Source: Candidatus Angelobacter sp. (GTDB lineage Bacteria; Acidobacteriota; Terriglobia; Terriglobales; Acidobacteriaceae). From it: 29,368 bases of DNA. Within the stretch, counting starts at the first letter, position 1. Each line of letters opens with the position of its first letter. The notes under the pieces are model-generated. The model was not told where the DNA came from. It searched no databases and worked only from the letters and a program-made list of their open reading frames with translations. The translations under genes and the position numbers were made by a program. Location: the NCBI GenBank assembly GCA_035552035.1, contig DASZMF010000008.1, positions 1 to 29,368 on the forward strand, written 5' to 3'. This document shows, piece by piece, positions 25,481 through 29,368 of the stretch.

Positions 25481-26491
25481 ATGCCTAAGATGAAAGCAGT
25501 GCAGGTCCCCAAACCCGGAGCTGACTTTGAAATTGTCGAGCGGGAAATTCCAGAGCCCGGCCCGGGACAGGTGAGGATTCGCGTTCAAGCCTGTGGAGTG
25601 TGCCACAGCGACGTAATCACCAAGGAAGGCATATTTCCGATCTCCTATCCGCGTGTACCCGGTCATGAAGTTGCTGGCGTCATCGACGCACTTGGCGCCG
25701 GTGTTCAAGTCTGGAAGAAAGGCCAGCGCGTTGGAGTCGGCTGGCACGGCGGCCAGGACGGAACTTGTCTTGCATGCAGAAGAGGGGATTTCGTGAATTG
25801 CGCGAATGTACAGATTTGCGGAGTCAGTTATGACGGTGGTTACCAGGAATTCATGGTGGCGCCCGTGGAAGCCCTGGCCCACATGCCCGAATCTTTTGAT
25901 GCAGCGGAAGCGGCCCCGCTGATGTGCGCTGGCATTACAACCTTCAATGCTCTCCGGCACAGCGGTGCATTGCCGAGCGACCTGGTTGCCATCCAGGGGA
26001 TTGGCGGGCTTGGCCATCTGGGAGTTCAGTTCGCCAGGAAATTTGGATACCGCGTAGCTGCTATAGGTCGCGGCCCAGGTAACGCTGTGCTGGCGAAAAA
26101 ACTCGGCGCGGATATTTATATCGACAGTGCTGCGGTGGATCCGGCAGCTGAATTGCAGAAACTAGGCGGCGCAAGCGCGATTCTGGCGACTGCACCCAGC
26201 GGAAAATCGATGTCGGCCCTAATCGGCGGCTTGGGAGTAAATGGCACGCTTATGGTGGTAGGAGCTCCATCCGACCCCATCGAGATGGCGGCTGCCCAGC
26301 TGATATTTGGCAGGAAGCGAATCCACGGGTGGTCTGCAGGAATTCCCACCGATTCTGAAGACACACTCCGCTTTGCGGAGATGACCGGTGTTCGCGCCAT
26401 GATCGAAAAATATCCGCTTGAAAAGGCTGCTGAAGCCTACGCTCGAATGATGAGCGGGCAGGCGGAGTTCAGGGTCGTCCTGACTATGTGA
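25481..26491 (+). CDS. Zinc-dependent alcohol dehydrogenase
   Basis: CGVCHSD, PGHE, D..C..C.......C structural site, GIGGLG Rossmann motif. Confidence 0.95.
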   Translation: MPKMKAVQVPKPGADFEIVEREIPEPGPGQVRIRVQACGVCHSDVITKEGIFPISYPRVPGHEVAGVIDALGAGVQVWKKGQRVGVGWHGGQDGTCLACRRGDFVNCANVQICGVSYDGGYQEFMVAPVEALAHMPESFDAAEAAPLMCAGITTFNALRHSGALPSDLVAIQGIGGLGHLGVQFARKFGYRVAAIGRGPGNAVLAKKLGADIYIDSAAVDPAAELQKLGGASAILATAPSGKSMSALIGGLGVNGTLMVVGAPSDPIEMAAAQLIFGRKRIHGWSAGIPTDSEDTLRFAEMTGVRAMIEKYPLEKAAEAYARMMSGQAEFRVVLTM

Positions 26492-26546
26492 GATCAGTTA
26501 CGAATATATGGGATGACAGTTTCGCCAATCACTAAGGAGGCTGTTA

Positions 26547-27611
26547 GTGAAGCTGACAAATAAAATATCGCGTCGTGGACTGTTGACCATGGCTGGCTTT
26601 TCCGCTGGAGCAACACTGCTCGTCCGGCCTTCACTCTTTGCGGCCGCCAGTGGCGTTTCGCCAAAGATGATTTCGCCAGCGATGATGAATTCCCCAATGA
26701 GCGCCAAGAACGCATCGTTCGGGCCGCTAAAGCAGATCGATGCCGGCGCTTTGAACGTTAGCTATGCGGAAGCCGGCCCCACCACTGGCCACGCGGTGAT
26801 TCTTCTGCACGGCTGGCCTTACGACATTTACAGTTTTGTCGATGTAGCACCTCTGCTGGCATCTGCTGGATACAGAGTGATTGTGCCGTATCTGCGGGGC
26901 TATGGCCCCACGCGTTTTCTTTCGAATGACGCGGTTAGAAACGGACAACAAGGGGCGTTTGCGGTCGATGCCATCGCTTTGATGGATGCGCTCAAAATTG
27001 AAAAGGCCGTCATTGCTGGTTTTGATTGGGGAGCGCGAACTGCCGATATCGTTGCGGCAATCTGGCCAGAACGCTGTAAGGCTCTTGTTTCTGTTAGCGG
27101 ATATCTGATCGGCAACCAGGAAGCCGGCAAGACGCCCTTGCCACCAAACGCGGAACTGCAGTGGTGGTACCAATATTATTTTGCAACCGAGCGCGGGCGC
27201 GCGGGCTATGACAAATACAGGCGTGACTTTGCCAAACTCATCTGGCAGCTTGCTTCGCCAAAATGGTCTTTTACTGACGCCACTTTGGATCGCAGCGCAG
27301 AATCCTTCAACAACCCTGATCACGTTGCCATTGTGGTCCACAACTATCGTTGGCGGCTTGGACTCGCTAAAGGCGAGCCGAAATATGACGACATGGAAAA
27401 GAAACTTGCCCAGGGACCGGCTATCACTGTCCCCGCAATTACGATGGAAGGCGATGCCAATGGCGCGCCACATCTGGAACCCGCAGCCTATCGCAATAAA
27501 TTCTCGGGCAGATATGAGCACCGGACCATCAACGGCGGCATTGGACACAATCTGCCGCAGGAGGCTCCCGAGGCTTTCAGCAAGGCAATCATTGATGTTG
27601 ACGGTTTCTGA
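26547..27611 (+). CDS. Alpha/beta hydrolase with twin-arginine leader
   Basis: ISRRGLL Tat motif, LLHGWPYD, PYLRGYG.T, GFDWGART, GHNLPQE. SD AAGGAGG precedes the GTG start. Confidence 0.92.
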   Translation: MKLTNKISRRGLLTMAGFSAGATLLVRPSLFAAASGVSPKMISPAMMNSPMSAKNASFGPLKQIDAGALNVSYAEAGPTTGHAVILLHGWPYDIYSFVDVAPLLASAGYRVIVPYLRGYGPTRFLSNDAVRNGQQGAFAVDAIALMDALKIEKAVIAGFDWGARTADIVAAIWPERCKALVSVSGYLIGNQEAGKTPLPPNAELQWWYQYYFATERGRAGYDKYRRDFAKLIWQLASPKWSFTDATLDRSAESFNNPDHVAIVVHNYRWRLGLAKGEPKYDDMEKKLAQGPAITVPAITMEGDANGAPHLEPAAYRNKFSGRYEHRTINGGIGHNLPQEAPEAFSKAIIDVDGF

Positions 27612-27764
27612 TCGGCTACCGCACCTCAGATGAATTGGCGCGGGGCGAGGGCAGCCAAAGCCTTTTGAGCTCCCCTTGCCATGTACCCAGGACTTGATTG
27701 TCTTGACGCACATATTCGCTGCCGAATCGATAAATGGTCCGACGTTCTAGGATTGCTTAAGACG

Positions 27765-28256
27765 TCACAAACCAAGTTCGCTAAGCCCAGGATGGCCATC
27801 CGGCCGGCGACCGAGCGGCCAACGGTATTTGCGATCTGCTTCCTTGATGGGAAGGTCATTGATGCAGGCAAATCTCAATCGCATCAGACCGTCCTCGTTG
27901 TACTCCCAGTTTTCATTGCCGTATGAACGAGACCAATTTCCGGAATCATCGTGCGATTCATAAGCAAAACGCACAGCGATGCGATTTTCCGTGAACGCCC
28001 ACATTTCCTTGATCAGTCGGTAGTCCAACTCTTTTGTCCACTTGCGAGTGAGAAAGGCGATGATGTCTGGCCGGCCATTCACAAACTCTGAACGGTTTCT
28101 CCAGCGCGAATCAATTGCATATGCCAGCGCAACTTTTTCCGGATCGCGGCCATTCCAGCTGTCCTCGGCCAATCGAACTTTTAAAATGGCGCTCTCACGT
28201 GTAAATGGGGGCAGCGGCGGACGCGTGATCATCGTTGCAGTTGTTGCGGTTACCAT
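27765..28256 (-). CDS. DUF1348 / SnoaL-like (NTF2 fold) protein
   Basis: [51 protein letters not shown]. Confidence 0.92.
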   Translation of the reverse strand: MVTATTATMITRPPLPPFTRESAILKVRLAEDSWNGRDPEKVALAYAIDSRWRNRSEFVNGRPDIIAFLTRKWTKELDYRLIKEMWAFTENRIAVRFAYESHDDSGNWSRSYGNENWEYNEDGLMRLRFACINDLPIKEADRKYRWPLGRRPDGHPGLSELGL

Positions 28257-28378
28257 ACATTCTCCTTTTTTATCCGGCGATCTGACTTATCGAGCTGCTT
28301 GCATATTCTTGAAACATGTAAATGGTGACGCATGGGCTGCAACGAACCAGCAAGCGCAAACCCAATGCACCCTTCATC

Positions 28379-28440
28379 ATCACATCATGAGTGCGAAGAG
28401 ACATCTATTAGACGAAGGTATTGTGCGATACCTTTGTATG
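28379..28440 (-). promoter_or_regulatory. Island regulon promoter (motif copy 6, with upstream palindrome)
   Basis: Minus strand ATAC-AAAG-GTAT (28439-28428), CAATACCTTCGTCTAATAG (28423-28405), then TGa-TGTGAT (28384-28379). Confidence 0.85.
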
Positions 28441-28543
28441 CTGAAGGAGTGCATCCGGCAGCACATGCCTTGTACACGCATTGTTGTTTATCCCACAACG
28501 TCTCTGCGACATAAATCCGTCATGGCTGCGGTGGGTCTTGCCC

Positions 28544-28605
28544 GATGCAAAAATATCAAGCAATACCTTCGTCCAATTGTCCGACTCCAGCGCTTCTGGT
28601 GTGAT
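28544..28605 (+). promoter_or_regulatory. Island regulon promoter (motif copy 7)
   Basis: Degenerate upstream box GATGCAAAAATATC, CAATACCTTCGTCCAATTG (28561-28579, identical to copy 2), -35 TTGTCC, N17, then TGg-TGTGAT (28600-28605). Confidence 0.85.
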
Positions 28606-28663
28606 GGAATTGTGCGCCGCTTCCACGCGCGCGGCGCATGAAAAGGACAAAAGGAGAAGGAAC

Positions 28664-29353
28664 ATGAAGATATTGATGGTCTTGACGTCGCATGATCAAC
28701 TTGGCGACACGGGTCGCAAAACAGGGTTCTGGCTCGAAGAGTTCGCGGCGCCTTATTTCGTTTTTAGAGATGCAGGTGTTGAACTTACACTCGCTTCTCC
28801 CAAAGGTGGGCAGCCACCCCTTGATCCGAAGAGCGATCTTCCCGAAAGTCAAACGCCCGCAATGTCGCGATTCAAGAAGGATGAGGCCGCCCAAGAGGCA
28901 CTCGCTCACACAGCCAGGCTTGCCGACATGAAGGCGGAAAACTTCGATACGGTGTTCTACGTTGGCGGACACGGCCCCATGTGGGACCTGGCTGAATCTC
29001 CAATCTCGATCGCTCTGCTTGAGTCCTTCTACAACTCAGGCAAGCCCATTGCGTTAGTGTGCCATTCTCCGGGCGTGCTTCGTCACGTCACATATAACGG
29101 TGCGCCGCTAGTGAAGGGAAAACGCGTAACGGGTTTCACCAATGAGGAAGAGGCGGACGTACAACTTACCAAGGTTGTTCCGTTTCTCGTGGAGGATGAA
29201 CTCAAGCGGCTCGGGGCAATTTTTGAGAAAGTGCCCAACTGGCAGCCCTTCTCCATTACCGATGGCCGCTTGATTACAGGGCAGAATCCTGCGTCATCGA
29301 CTTCCGCGGCCCAGACCCTTTTGAAGTTACTCGCTGTCGAAAAAGCAGCTTAA
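28664..29353 (+). CDS. DJ-1/PfpI (Hsp31/glyoxalase III-like) type 1 glutamine amidotransferase domain protein
   Basis: KILMVLTSHD.LGDTG.KTGFWLEEFAAPY, GGHGPMWDL, VCHSP (catalytic Cys-His), ITGQNPAS. Start ATG 28664 follows AGGAG. Confidence 0.95.
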   Translation: MKILMVLTSHDQLGDTGRKTGFWLEEFAAPYFVFRDAGVELTLASPKGGQPPLDPKSDLPESQTPAMSRFKKDEAAQEALAHTARLADMKAENFDTVFYVGGHGPMWDLAESPISIALLESFYNSGKPIALVCHSPGVLRHVTYNGAPLVKGKRVTGFTNEEEADVQLTKVVPFLVEDELKRLGAIFEKVPNWQPFSITDGRLITGQNPASSTSAAQTLLKLLAVEKAA

Positions 29354-29368
29354 GTGTTTCAGGTTACA

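Noticed and set aside
25750-25805. ADH structural zinc site with Asp in place of the first Cys
   Set aside because: A common natural variant in this ADH subfamily, not evidence of inactivation.
26727-27926. ORFs 26727..27713 (-), 27626..27871 (-), 27681..27926 (+)
   Set aside because: Overlap well-supported genes and have no family motifs.
28481-28663. Upstream extension of the DJ-1/PfpI ORF
   Set aside because: It contains promoter motif copy 7. The family N-terminus begins at ATG 28664.

Overview
The window looks like a soil Acidobacteriota (Terriglobia-like) chromosome. This is inferred from the ADOP-type duplicated permease and other typically acidobacterial families, not from a marker gene. 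It has three parts. (1) 1-3920, minus strand: the edge of a type VI secretion locus (partial TssL/DotU and a TssJ-like lipoprotein), preceded by a 931-aa DUF4157 polymorphic effector. The effector has an unknown middle domain, a His-Me (NS_2-like) nuclease motif and a C-terminal 25-aa GHADYLAG tandem repeat, and no adjacent immunity gene is visible. (2) 4.3-16.3 kb: BlaI plus an M56 anti-repressor with two tandem TGCTA-N6-TAGCA operators, a comDE-like decarboxylase plus cyclase operon carrying REP-like inverted repeats, an Sfp PPTase, htpG and an ADOP permease. (3) 16.7-29.4 kb: a redox/detoxification island (single-Cys redoxin, diheme CcP/MauG-like cytochrome, cupin, three alpha/beta hydrolases, VOC, Zn-ADH, DUF1348, DJ-1/PfpI). 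Its promoters share a 19-bp motif (CAATACYWWMGTMYRATDG, 7 copies) whose 3' end overlaps a -35, followed 17 bp later by a TGn-TGTGAT -10. The island encodes two response regulators, but their histidine kinase is a truncated, frameshifted remnant. No rRNA, tRNA, CRISPR array or transposase was recognised.
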